Shown here in pieces: positions 38,721 through 48,086 of a stretch of 64,000 nucleotides of DNA. Origin of the DNA: Bdellovibrio sp. (lineage in GTDB: Bacteria; Myxococcota; SpSt-1050); the NCBI GenBank assembly GCA_020725805.1, contig DYEF01000023.1, positions 20,783 through 84,782 on the forward strand, given 5' to 3'. The position numbers and the translations under genes are program-made. The notes beneath the pieces were generated by a model. That model did not search any database. It was not told where the DNA came from and saw only the letters and a list, made by a program, of their open reading frames with translations. How positions within the stretch are numbered: position 1 is the stretch's first letter; every line of letters begins with the position of its first letter.

Positions 38721-41378
38721 ATGCTTATTCACGAACCTTACAAGATCAAATCAGTCAGAAATATTCCATTCACCACCTATAATGAGAGAAAGAGAATCCT
38801 GAGAGAGCATTTTTACAATACAACGTTAATTCCCGCCGATAAAGTAACATTCGATATGGCCACACAGGGAACATCTGCAATGTCTCAGGAACAGGTAGCC
38901 GCACTCTTTGTTGGAGATGAGGCCTATGCAGGGGCTGTAAATTTCTATCATCTGGAGAATGCAGTAAGAGATGTCTTCGGACTTAAAAACATATGCCCCA
39001 CACACAACAGATTCGGTAACATTAAGCTGCTGACCTCGATCATGGTCAAAAGCGGAAAATCGGCCTTCTCGAACATAAGACAGCCAAAGGAAATAGTCGA
39101 ATACTACAAGGGCCGCTTCGTCCAGATATCCTCAAGGGAGGAGAACGGTTTCTCTATACTGGATGTGTCAGAGGTCAAAAAAGCAAAGAAAGACGAGACC
39201 GCCTACATATTCATAGACCTGAGAAGCGATGAGGGGAGACCGGTCTGCCCGTCCTGCCTTAATGAGATTGCACATTTTTCGAAAGACTCGGGTATCCCGC
39301 TGATTATCGACTGTTCGAACATCGTCCTCTGGGCAAACAGGGTAAAGAATGTCGCAAAAGACTATTCATCGAAGAGAATCTCCGAAATTATTAAGGAGGT
39401 CTCCGCTCTCGCAACAACTGTGGCATTCGACGCCGGACAGGATGCGATGAGTAATGTCGGAGGATTTCTTGCAACAAACGACCCGAAGCATCACGAGGCC
39501 CATCAGAACGAAGTCGTAATATATGAGGGGCTGCACACCTACGGAGGTATGGCCGGAAGGACAATGGAAGTAGTCGCTGTCGGGCTGAGGGATATGACCG
39601 ATGAAAACAATGCAGTTTGGTACCAGCAGCAGATCGACCTCTTATCGGAAATTCTCTCCAAAGAGAGAGTACCTCACTATAAGGGACTGGACGGCGTATA
39701 CCTCTGTGCGGACAAGTTCCTCAGCCACCTCAGGGAGAACAGGACCCACACACTGGCAACTGCAATCTATCTGAAATCCGGGGTAAGGGCATATCTTGGA
39801 GGCAGATATATACCGTCCGAGATTCTGCCCGTTCAGATTCCGAGAAGGGCACTTTTAAACAGACAGGTCGTTCAGATCGCAGAGGCAATATGCGAACTCT
39901 TCAGAGAGGCCGCTCAGATACCGGCGCTCGTTCTGACCAACAGACCCGAATATCACAACGAGGCTGTATTCGACTGGCTCATACCGGTTATCAGGCCTTA
40001 CGAATTCGAATGCGAACCTTATACGGTCCACGCAATCGAGAAGATTGCAATGAAGAGCGTGGAGGAGAGACGAAAGGCGGCAGAAGAGGCAGGTTACAAT
40101 ACATTTCTCCTTAAAATGGAGGATGTGACAATCGACCTGCTCACAGACTCCGGAACGGCAGCTATGAGTGTAGAGCAGTGGAAGGCTTACCTCGGCGCCA
40201 TAGAGACACCAAACACATCTGATGCCTATATCGACCTTGTCAGAACCGCACAGAAGGTATACGGTTACAAACATATTATCCTTACCCATCAGGGCAGAGC
40301 AGCAGAACACATAATGTCCCAGATGTTTATCAGACCGGGTGACTACGTGCCCGGCAATATGTACTTCACGACCACCAAGCAGCATCAGGAGATGGCAGGC
40401 GGAATTTTCGTGGACGTAATCGTCGATGAGGCAAACGATACAGACTCAGACTTCGAATGGAAGGGAAATGTGGACCTGAAAAAACTCTCGGACCTCTACG
40501 ATAAGGCAAAATCCGAAGGCAAAAAGCTTGCATACATCTCATTCGAATTCAATGTAAATCTTGCAGGCGGACAACCGGTCTCGATGGACAATATGAAGGA
40601 GGTCTATGAATTCTGCAAACCGAGAGGAATCCCGGTATTCTTCGATGCGACGAGATGCTCTGAAAATGCGATATTCATCAAGCAGAGGGACCCGAGATAC
40701 AGGGATGCAAGCATCGGGGATATACTTCTCGAGATGTTCAGTTACGGCGACGGTGCCACCATTTCAGCCAAAAAGGATATGCTCACAAACCTCTCGGGAG
40801 CACTCCTCTTCAGGGATAACGAAGAGTGGTACAGAGAGGCTCTCAGGATGCTGCAGATATTCGAAGGAGGTCATTCAAGCGGCGGTACATCTGCAGGAGA
40901 TATGGCAACACACGCACAGGGATTGAGAGAGATGGTCGATGAAAGATATCTCAAGGCAAGGGTCGAACAGGCGAGATATCTGGGCAAACTCCTGATCGAT
41001 GCGGGTATTCCGATTGTAATGCCTCCGGGAGGCCATGCGGTATTCCTCGATGCGAAGAAATTCCTCCCTCACCTCGACCAGGACCAGTTTCCGGCACAGA
41101 CGCTCGCGGCACACATATTTATCGAGACCGGAGTCCGGGCAATGGAGAGGGGAAACGTAAGCAAGGGAAGGGACCCGAAGACGGGAAAGAATTACAGACC
41201 CAAACTCGAGCTCGTTAGACTTACAATACCCAGAAGGGTATACTCACTCGACCATATGAAGGCTGTTGCAGAGGGAATCATCAGACTATACAGGAAGCGC
41301 GATTCCATAAGGGGACTCGAATTTACATACGAACCGAAGGCACTCAGATTCTTCCAGTCCAGATTCAGACTCATTTGA
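38721..41378 (+). CDS. double-domain tyrosine phenol-lyase/tryptophanase-family protein (degenerate N-domain + PLP-binding C-domain)
   Basis: Two colinear beta-eliminating-lyase domains (EPY at aa 5 and aa 432). C-domain has TDSG, THQGRAAE, NMYFTTT, DATR, SAKKD, MERG, LRFF (TPL-type). N-domain keeps GDEAYAG and EGLHTYGG but has DAGQD at the PLP Lys site. Confidence 0.9.
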   Translation: MLIHEPYKIKSVRNIPFTTYNERKRILREHFYNTTLIPADKVTFDMATQGTSAMSQEQVAALFVGDEAYAGAVNFYHLENAVRDVFGLKNICPTHNRFGNIKLLTSIMVKSGKSAFSNIRQPKEIVEYYKGRFVQISSREENGFSILDVSEVKKAKKDETAYIFIDLRSDEGRPVCPSCLNEIAHFSKDSGIPLIIDCSNIVLWANRVKNVAKDYSSKRISEIIKEVSALATTVAFDAGQDAMSNVGGFLATNDPKHHEAHQNEVVIYEGLHTYGGMAGRTMEVVAVGLRDMTDENNAVWYQQQIDLLSEILSKERVPHYKGLDGVYLCADKFLSHLRENRTHTLATAIYLKSGVRAYLGGRYIPSEILPVQIPRRALLNRQVVQIAEAICELFREAAQIPALVLTNRPEYHNEAVFDWLIPVIRPYEFECEPYTVHAIEKIAMKSVEERRKAAEEAGYNTFLLKMEDVTIDLLTDSGTAAMSVEQWKAYLGAIETPNTSDAYIDLVRTAQKVYGYKHIILTHQGRAAEHIMSQMFIRPGDYVPGNMYFTTTKQHQEMAGGIFVDVIVDEANDTDSDFEWKGNVDLKKLSDLYDKAKSEGKKLAYISFEFNVNLAGGQPVSMDNMKEVYEFCKPRGIPVFFDATRCSENAIFIKQRDPRYRDASIGDILLEMFSYGDGATISAKKDMLTNLSGALLFRDNEEWYREALRMLQIFEGGHSSGGTSAGDMATHAQGLREMVDERYLKARVEQARYLGKLLIDAGIPIVMPPGGHAVFLDAKKFLPHLDQDQFPAQTLAAHIFIETGVRAMERGNVSKGRDPKTGKNYRPKLELVRLTIPRRVYSLDHMKAVAEGIIRLYRKRDSIRGLEFTYEPKALRFFQSRFRLI

Positions 41379-41626
41379 GAGTCAGTCTTATTACGGATTT
41401 CTGTATATACATAGAGTTGCTTGCCGGTAAAATGCTCTGCAACAAAGTCCTTACAGGCTATTCAGCCGGTTTTCGCAAACTGTGCATTGTAAAATTCGTA
41501 TACTTAATTTTTTATTGACACCGAAATGAATAATGGTAGTATTAGCCCGTTAACTTTATATTTTTTTGAGTAATGATGAGCATTTTTCTGAATTTAATTA
41601 ATAATTTTATTACGAAGGGAGCAGAG

Positions 41627-43225
41627 ATGAACAAGGCAAGATTTTTTGTGCTTTTTCTGGGAATTTTTATCTTTACAGGACTTCTTGTCAGCTGTGTAAG
41701 TGACAAGGAGGCAAGCAAATTCGTGGAGAAACTCGAGAAGAAACCGGGAGAAGGGAAACCTGCGTCATACTGGGTTAAAAAGCTGACCGATGTTCAGCTC
41801 AAACCGGATGCCGTAAAAGCACTTATGGAACTCAAGGACAAGAGCGTTATTCCGCAGCTCACGGAACTCTTCAAAAAGGACAGGTCGCTCAGAGCCGACA
41901 TTGCCGAGATTCTCGGTATGCTCGGAGAGAAGAGCACAGCCCCTGTACTTCTTGAAGGACTGGTCTTCGAGGTTTCCAACAATATTCAGGAACAGAGAGA
42001 GAATGACAGAATCAACGAGAAGATTCTCGGCGCCCTCGCTGCTATGCAGGAAGAGTCGGCAAAGCCGGCCGTAATCAAGCTTCTCTCATCCACCTCTGCA
42101 CCGGTTCTCGCCGCCGCAGTCAGGGCCGAAAAGGTCTTCAAGGATAAAAACGCCGTCGACGCCCTCATTGCAATTATCAGGAATGACAATCTTTCAAAGG
42201 CTATAAGGGCCGATGCAATTTATGTTCTGGGTGAAATCGGCGACCCGAAGGCCGTTCCTGCACTCGTCAGGGCAATGTACATCGAGAGACAGGGTACCGT
42301 TTACCCTGAGGCAAACGAGGCACTTCAGAAAATCGGCAAAGCCGCCGTTCCTGAACTCGTAAAGACATTTCTGGGTAAGAATGAAGAGGTCAGGCAGCTC
42401 GCCGAAAAATCCAACTTCGTCGTAGGTGCAATCGAGGGGAAGGCCGCAGAGACACTCGGCGACATCTGTGACCTCTCTGCAGAGGACGCACTCTTAAAGA
42501 TGGTTAAATCGGACGAGGACAATCCCATTGCCAAATCCAAGGCCGCCTTTGCGCTCGGAAGGATGCAGTCCAAGAAGGCAGCACCCGTTATGGCAAAACT
42601 TGCAGAAGATGAAGAAGACCCCTCGGTAAGGGCCCATTACCTCCTTGCAATAAATCTCATCGGTGATACTTCCGTTATACCGTCACTCGTGAAGGGTGCA
42701 AAAAAGCCGGACCTCGACAAGTATAAGAAGGAAGGGGCAACACAGCAGGAACTCGACATCCTCAGAAAAGGAAGGGAAGAGGTAGTAAAGACAATAGCAA
42801 GGCTCGCCACCGACAAGGATGCAGCTCATTACGATAAGGTTATGAAGGAAGAGAAGAATCCGGAAATCAGCAAGGTAATAAAGGAATATTCCGTGATGAT
42901 CGATGTCGCAAAGGAATGCAAGGGTGATTTTGCCTGTTACAAAGGAAAGCTCTCCGACACAAACAAGGTTGTAAGAGAGAAGGCCGCATATATGATCGGA
43001 AGAATAGATTCTGAAGAGGCGGTCAATACCCTGATAGACCTGCTCGGGACAGAGAAGGACAACGATGTAAAATTTGCTGTCCTGCAGGGCCTGTTCAATT
43101 TCTCGGGCAAATATTACAAGACAATGCTGCCGAAGATCGAGGCAAAGGTAGCTGAGCTCAAGGATGATATTCTCAAAAACGACCTGAACAGACTTCTGCT
43201 CAGATTAAAAAGCTTGAACAGATAG
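41627..43225 (+). CDS. HEAT-repeat lipoprotein
   Basis: Lipobox LLVSC; repeated RADAIYVLGEIGDPKAVPALV / KAAFALGRM / VREKAAYMIGRI HEAT units; TTGACA promoter-like element at 41515. Confidence 0.85.
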   Translation: MNKARFFVLFLGIFIFTGLLVSCVSDKEASKFVEKLEKKPGEGKPASYWVKKLTDVQLKPDAVKALMELKDKSVIPQLTELFKKDRSLRADIAEILGMLGEKSTAPVLLEGLVFEVSNNIQEQRENDRINEKILGALAAMQEESAKPAVIKLLSSTSAPVLAAAVRAEKVFKDKNAVDALIAIIRNDNLSKAIRADAIYVLGEIGDPKAVPALVRAMYIERQGTVYPEANEALQKIGKAAVPELVKTFLGKNEEVRQLAEKSNFVVGAIEGKAAETLGDICDLSAEDALLKMVKSDEDNPIAKSKAAFALGRMQSKKAAPVMAKLAEDEEDPSVRAHYLLAINLIGDTSVIPSLVKGAKKPDLDKYKKEGATQQELDILRKGREEVVKTIARLATDKDAAHYDKVMKEEKNPEISKVIKEYSVMIDVAKECKGDFACYKGKLSDTNKVVREKAAYMIGRIDSEEAVNTLIDLLGTEKDNDVKFAVLQGLFNFSGKYYKTMLPKIEAKVAELKDDILKNDLNRLLLRLKSLNR

Positions 43226-43296
43226 AAAAAATATTGTAAATATACATTTTTTTGGTGCCTGCAGCATCCTGCGCGGGACACAGAAAGGAATGTCAA

Positions 43297-43683
43297 ATGT
43301 TTATCAGAATGCTCAAATCGAAGATTCACAGGGCGGTTGTATCGGAGACAAATCTCCATTACGAGGGGAGCGTCACAATCGATACCACTCTTATGAGTGA
43401 GGCCGGAATCCTCCCCTACGAAGAAATTTCTGTCTGGAATATCACGAGCGGCGAGCGTTTCAATACCTATGCCGTCCCCGGCAGAGAGAATACCGGTGAG
43501 ATTATCGTCAACGGTGCAGCGGCACACAAGGCAAGAAAAGGCGATATCATAATCATAGCAACATTTGCATATATGGAGCCTTCTCAGGCCGCCGCACACA
43601 GACCGGTGGTTCTGCTTGTCGACAAAAGCAACCGTATCACGAAAAAGTATTCCGAGGTAGAATACAGATCAGTAGTGATATAA
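43297..43683 (+). CDS. panD: aspartate 1-decarboxylase
   Basis: MLKSKIHRAVV, YEGS (Gly-Ser autocleavage), GERFNTY, NGAAAH; start after GAAAGGA. Confidence 0.95.
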   Translation: MFIRMLKSKIHRAVVSETNLHYEGSVTIDTTLMSEAGILPYEEISVWNITSGERFNTYAVPGRENTGEIIVNGAAAHKARKGDIIIIATFAYMEPSQAAAHRPVVLLVDKSNRITKKYSEVEYRSVVI

Positions 43684-43818
43684 TCTCACAATCAGGTGAT
43701 TACGGGACTCGGTATTCCGTGGTTTTTGCCCGGTATTATTTTTATTATTATTATTTCAAATTGTTGACTCTTTTACTCCTTTATGATAACAGAACCATAA
43801 TTTCCTTATAGGAGTTGA

Positions 43819-45351
43819 GTGATGAGAAAGAAAAGTGTCCTTTATGCAGCATTGTTCCTGTTATTATTATCATCTGCTGTCTCTGGAGCCCAGTTCAACA
43901 AGGTTCTGATATTTCCATATCAGCCGGTATATCAGTCAGTGACTCCCGAGGTGGCAAATCAGTTTACGGAACTTCTGACAAACGAGATGAAGAATGCAGA
44001 CTCCCTGCAGGCAGTCGAGGGCCCGAAACTGGTTACCAAGAAAAAGGCCGGACTATCCGAACCGAACATAGACAGGGACGCCATAGCAAAGGGTACCGAG
44101 AAGGCAAAGGTCGGAATCGAGGAGATAAAAAACCAGGAATTCGAGAAAGCAATAAAACCTCTCAAGGACGCGATTCAGATTCTCGAAAAGAATCTTCTCT
44201 ACCTTGAAGACACCTCGGTCCTTACAGACGCATATCTGGCACTCTCCGTTGCATACTTCGGGACAGGTATGGAGGACGAGGGAGAGACCTATATAAGAAA
44301 ATCCCTCAGACTGGACCCTTACAAGGAGATCGATACAACACAGTATCCCCCGCTCTATCTCAGAATCTATGACGGAATCCGTAAACAGACCTATCAGTTG
44401 CCAAGGGGAATGATAAGGGTGACATCGAATCCTTCGGGTGCCGTGATTTTTGTAGACGGAAAACAGGTTGGAACTACTCCGGCATTGCTGAAGGAGGCAA
44501 TAAAAGGCGAACATTATATAAGAGTCGAGCGGTCCGGAGAGGTCCCGTATTACAAGAAAGTAAATGTTCTTCCCAATCAGACCGTAGAGATAAATGTGGA
44601 TTTTTCGGGAGAGGAGGAAGGCGGGGCAGGACCGGAATATACAGCTGCAAATCAGCTCAAGAACAACCGTATTGACTCTTCCACCAGAGAGGCACTCGTT
44701 CAGGTAGCCAACAAACAACAGGCGGATTATGTACTCTTTGGCGGCATCATAAAGGTCGAGAACAACTATCAGATCAACTCCTTCTTTATGAAGGTCAAGA
44801 CCACCGAAGTCGTCCAGACTATGACTCTGACGATAGACGTCGATATGCTTGGAGCATCTATCGAGATCTACAAACTCGTAGAGGAACTAACAAAGAAGAT
44901 AGAGAGTTTCCCCGAGAGTATAAAACAGAGCGTAATTCTCCTCTATCCCGGAATTATGAAGAAGACAGAGAAGATTCAGGAGATTGTCATCGGTCCGGTG
45001 GGAGCACCCCAGCCACTCTACACAGGTCCTGCAAAGGAGGAGGAACCTCAGCCTCCGGTCGTAAAGGAAGAGCCCAAGAAGGAAGAGAAAAAGACGGCTC
45101 AAGTCGTTCCTGATGTCAAAAAGACCGGAGACAGCGGCGGCGGAATAGATATAGGCAAGGGGAGAACCCTCAAACAGAAGGGTCAGATAGACTCCTCTGT
45201 CGTCATCGTCGAGAAACCTGTAAAATGGTATGAGAGCCCGTGGTTCTGGACAGCTGTAGGTGTTGCAGTGGTAGGAGCAGGAGTCGGGACATATCTGTAT
45301 ATTTCCAGCATCGAGCCGGACAGAGGCAGAATTTCCGTTACACTCCCATAA
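43819..45351 (+). CDS. PEGA-domain exported protein with TPR-like segment and C-terminal anchor
   Basis: Signal peptide; TPR-like helices; PEGA VTSNPSGAVIFVDGKQVGTTP...GEHYIRVER; C-terminal KWYESPWFWTAVGVAVVGAGVG. Confidence 0.85.
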   Translation: MMRKKSVLYAALFLLLLSSAVSGAQFNKVLIFPYQPVYQSVTPEVANQFTELLTNEMKNADSLQAVEGPKLVTKKKAGLSEPNIDRDAIAKGTEKAKVGIEEIKNQEFEKAIKPLKDAIQILEKNLLYLEDTSVLTDAYLALSVAYFGTGMEDEGETYIRKSLRLDPYKEIDTTQYPPLYLRIYDGIRKQTYQLPRGMIRVTSNPSGAVIFVDGKQVGTTPALLKEAIKGEHYIRVERSGEVPYYKKVNVLPNQTVEINVDFSGEEEGGAGPEYTAANQLKNNRIDSSTREALVQVANKQQADYVLFGGIIKVENNYQINSFFMKVKTTEVVQTMTLTIDVDMLGASIEIYKLVEELTKKIESFPESIKQSVILLYPGIMKKTEKIQEIVIGPVGAPQPLYTGPAKEEEPQPPVVKEEPKKEEKKTAQVVPDVKKTGDSGGGIDIGKGRTLKQKGQIDSSVVIVEKPVKWYESPWFWTAVGVAVVGAGVGTYLYISSIEPDRGRISVTLP

Positions 45352-45372
45352 ACAAGACAAGGAGAGAGATAT

Positions 45373-47160
45373 ATGTTTACCAGAGGCAAGATAATAATTT
45401 CGGTTTTAATCCTTTCGGCACTTATCGCAGGCTGCCCTGAGGATAAAATCTCAATAGGCATTACCCTCGTACCACCCTGTGTCTCAGAGAGCAAAAACTT
45501 CAAGAATCCGACGGAGAAAATGTCGGAGATATCGATTGTGGCAACAACAGAAGAGCCGGGGACATCACCCGCTGTAATTACAAGTGCCAGATTTCCTTAC
45601 GAGAGCGGAGGGAAGGGCGTCTTTGATATTCCCCTCTCCAAAAACGTACGCCTTGTCGTAGAAGGGTTCGACGAAAACGGCAATATGGTCCTGAGAGGGG
45701 CCTCCCAGCTCTTCGATGTTACAACGAGTTCACCTACAACCATAAAGATTCCGATATTCATCGCGGGGACGGATGCCTTCTCCCAGACCACTGATTTTGC
45801 AACACAGGAGTGCAGCGTTCTGGATACCGGATTACAGGGAGCAACTGTTACTCCCCTTCCGAACGGAGATGTCCTGATAGCCGGAGGAGTCAGTATAAGC
45901 GGTACCTCCAAATTCTATTCTGCCAGTCTGATTCTTTACAACTCTCAGAAGGGTACATTCGAAGAGATTCAGGTAGACGAACAGATAAGCGAATTCGGCA
46001 AAAGGGCATACCACACCGCTACACTCTACAACAAAGGAACGAAGGAAAAACCCGAGTGGAAGGTACTGATTGCGGGCGGTGAGACTTTTATCAATGGTGT
46101 GGCATCCTCAGTCGCAACCGCCCAGCTCTACGATGTTCAGAGCAAGAAGGTCGAGTTTCTGACGAGCACAATGGAAGAAGGCAGAATGTACCACACGGCC
46201 ACCCTTATGCAAAACGGAAAGATTATTATAATAGGCGGTGAAAACAAGGTAAACGGGAAGGTCGAGGCATATCTGGACACGGTAGAAATCTTCGACACAC
46301 AGGAAGAGACATTCTCAAAACTATCCGGCAAGGATTACCACAAGATGGCAAATGCGAGGTCCAGACATACAGCCACCTATCTTCCTCTTAGATACAATAC
46401 AGTGGAAGGAGAACCGGTATCCGGATTCGACAAGATACTCGTTGCAGGCGGAATCAAGAAGGTAGGAACACAGCTCTACATCAATGACGAGATGGAGATA
46501 TTCGGCTGTGCAAATGCGACCTGCACCGACTACAGATTCGATGTAATAAGGAAGAAAGACAACACCTCTCTCAAGATGAACAAGAAGAGATACGGACATC
46601 AGGCAGTTGCGGTTATGACAGGGGCTGACCCGATTGGCGAAGGTGACGAGGAATTTCACAATTTCTATATCGCCTTTATGGGCGGTTATACCTGCATAGG
46701 CTTTGACAGGTGTGCAGGAAGTACATCACAGGACTGTCAGTGTCCCGATAGTGACGTTTTCAAAAGCATAACGACGAGCATCGAGATACTCGACCCCACC
46801 AATTCGGACGGTCCGCAGTTCAAGAATCTGACGGATATGAATGTTGCAAGGGCTGATTTCGGGGCAGCAGCAATTGACCGCGAAAACGACAACGTTGTGA
46901 TTTTCGGAGGTTACGGGACTGCACAGGGGACGATATCCGATGTGGTCGAGGTTATGACCATAAGCAGCAAAAAAGGCATTGCAAAACCACGTTATGCCAC
47001 AAACAAGATTCTCTTTCCGAGAGCCGATTTCGGATTCGGAGTTATGCCGGCAGGAGAGATATTTATAGCAGGCGGTGAAAACGGAAAAGCCGGAGGCAAT
47101 AAGGCATCACTTCAGACTGTCGAGATATTCGTTCCGTCACTCGCCCCGCTGAGTGAATGA
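45373..47160 (+). CDS. kelch-repeat lipoprotein
   Basis: Lipobox LIAGC; repeats RAYHTATL...VLIAGG, RMYHTATLMQNGKIIIIGG, RSRHTAT...ILVAGG, RYGHQA. Confidence 0.88.
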   Translation: MFTRGKIIISVLILSALIAGCPEDKISIGITLVPPCVSESKNFKNPTEKMSEISIVATTEEPGTSPAVITSARFPYESGGKGVFDIPLSKNVRLVVEGFDENGNMVLRGASQLFDVTTSSPTTIKIPIFIAGTDAFSQTTDFATQECSVLDTGLQGATVTPLPNGDVLIAGGVSISGTSKFYSASLILYNSQKGTFEEIQVDEQISEFGKRAYHTATLYNKGTKEKPEWKVLIAGGETFINGVASSVATAQLYDVQSKKVEFLTSTMEEGRMYHTATLMQNGKIIIIGGENKVNGKVEAYLDTVEIFDTQEETFSKLSGKDYHKMANARSRHTATYLPLRYNTVEGEPVSGFDKILVAGGIKKVGTQLYINDEMEIFGCANATCTDYRFDVIRKKDNTSLKMNKKRYGHQAVAVMTGADPIGEGDEEFHNFYIAFMGGYTCIGFDRCAGSTSQDCQCPDSDVFKSITTSIEILDPTNSDGPQFKNLTDMNVARADFGAAAIDRENDNVVIFGGYGTAQGTISDVVEVMTISSKKGIAKPRYATNKILFPRADFGFGVMPAGEIFIAGGENGKAGGNKASLQTVEIFVPSLAPLSE

Positions 47161-47184
47161 TAAATACTGCAAGGAGAAAAGTCT

Positions 47185-48081
47185 GTGAAAAGCATATATG
47201 AAATGATAGGGAATACCCCGCTCATTAAATTTCTCTCGGAAAAGCGTAAACACCTTTTTGCAAAGGCCGAATTTCTGAACCCGGGAGGCTCGATTAAGGA
47301 CAGAGTCGCTCTTGCAATGATAGAGGACGCAGAGAAAAAAGGCATACTCAAACCGGACTCAATCATAGCAGAGGCAACCTCCGGCAATACCGGAATCGGG
47401 ATCGCACTCGTCGGAAGGATAAAGGGATACAGGGTGATAATAGTAATGCCGGAGAATATGAGCGAAGAGCGAAAGAAGATAATCAGGGCACTGGGAGCAG
47501 AACTCATTCTTACTCCCGCAGAGAAGAGCATTCAGGGCTCGGTCGATTACCTCAACGGTCTTAAAGGTTCCGATGAACGGATCTGGATAGCCGGACAATT
47601 TACAAATCCGGCAAATCCTCTCTGTCACTACAACCATACGGCAAAGGAGATATGGGCACAGACAGGCGGTAAAGTCGATGCCTTTGTTGCAGGCGTAGGT
47701 TCGGGAGGAACACTGCAGGGGGTCGGCAGATTTCTGAAGGAAAAGAACAAAAAGATAAAACTCATTGCTGTTGAGCCAGCAAATGCATCCGCGCTGCTGG
47801 GTCATGAACCCGGTCTTCATCAGATTCAGGGTATCGGCGACGGATTTATACCTGCCGTGCTGGATACCAAACTTATCGACGAGGTTATCACTGTTACTGA
47901 CGAAGAGGCAATAGAGACAACCCGTATGCTCGCAAGGGAAGAGGGACTGCTGGTCGGCACATCATCAGGGGCGAATATGTTTGCCGCAATCCGCATCTCT
48001 CGTGGTTACGGTGAAGGATTTAATGTGGTCACCGTCCTGCCGGACAGAGCGGAGAGATATTTTTCAACTGCCCTCATCTGA
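47185..48081 (+). CDS. second cysteine synthase family protein (CysK/CysM)
   Basis: NPGGSIKDR, ATSGNTG, GSGGT, GLHQIQGIGDGFIP, PDRAERYFST. Confidence 0.9.
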   Translation: MKSIYEMIGNTPLIKFLSEKRKHLFAKAEFLNPGGSIKDRVALAMIEDAEKKGILKPDSIIAEATSGNTGIGIALVGRIKGYRVIIVMPENMSEERKKIIRALGAELILTPAEKSIQGSVDYLNGLKGSDERIWIAGQFTNPANPLCHYNHTAKEIWAQTGGKVDAFVAGVGSGGTLQGVGRFLKEKNKKIKLIAVEPANASALLGHEPGLHQIQGIGDGFIPAVLDTKLIDEVITVTDEEAIETTRMLAREEGLLVGTSSGANMFAAIRISRGYGEGFNVVTVLPDRAERYFSTALI

Positions 48082-48086
48082 GATAA

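Noticed and set aside
38721-40010. N-terminal lyase domain as a decaying pseudogene fused by stop-codon loss
   Set aside because: It is full length without frameshifts and selectively retains the trans-acting loops that the C-domain lacks, which argues for selection rather than decay.
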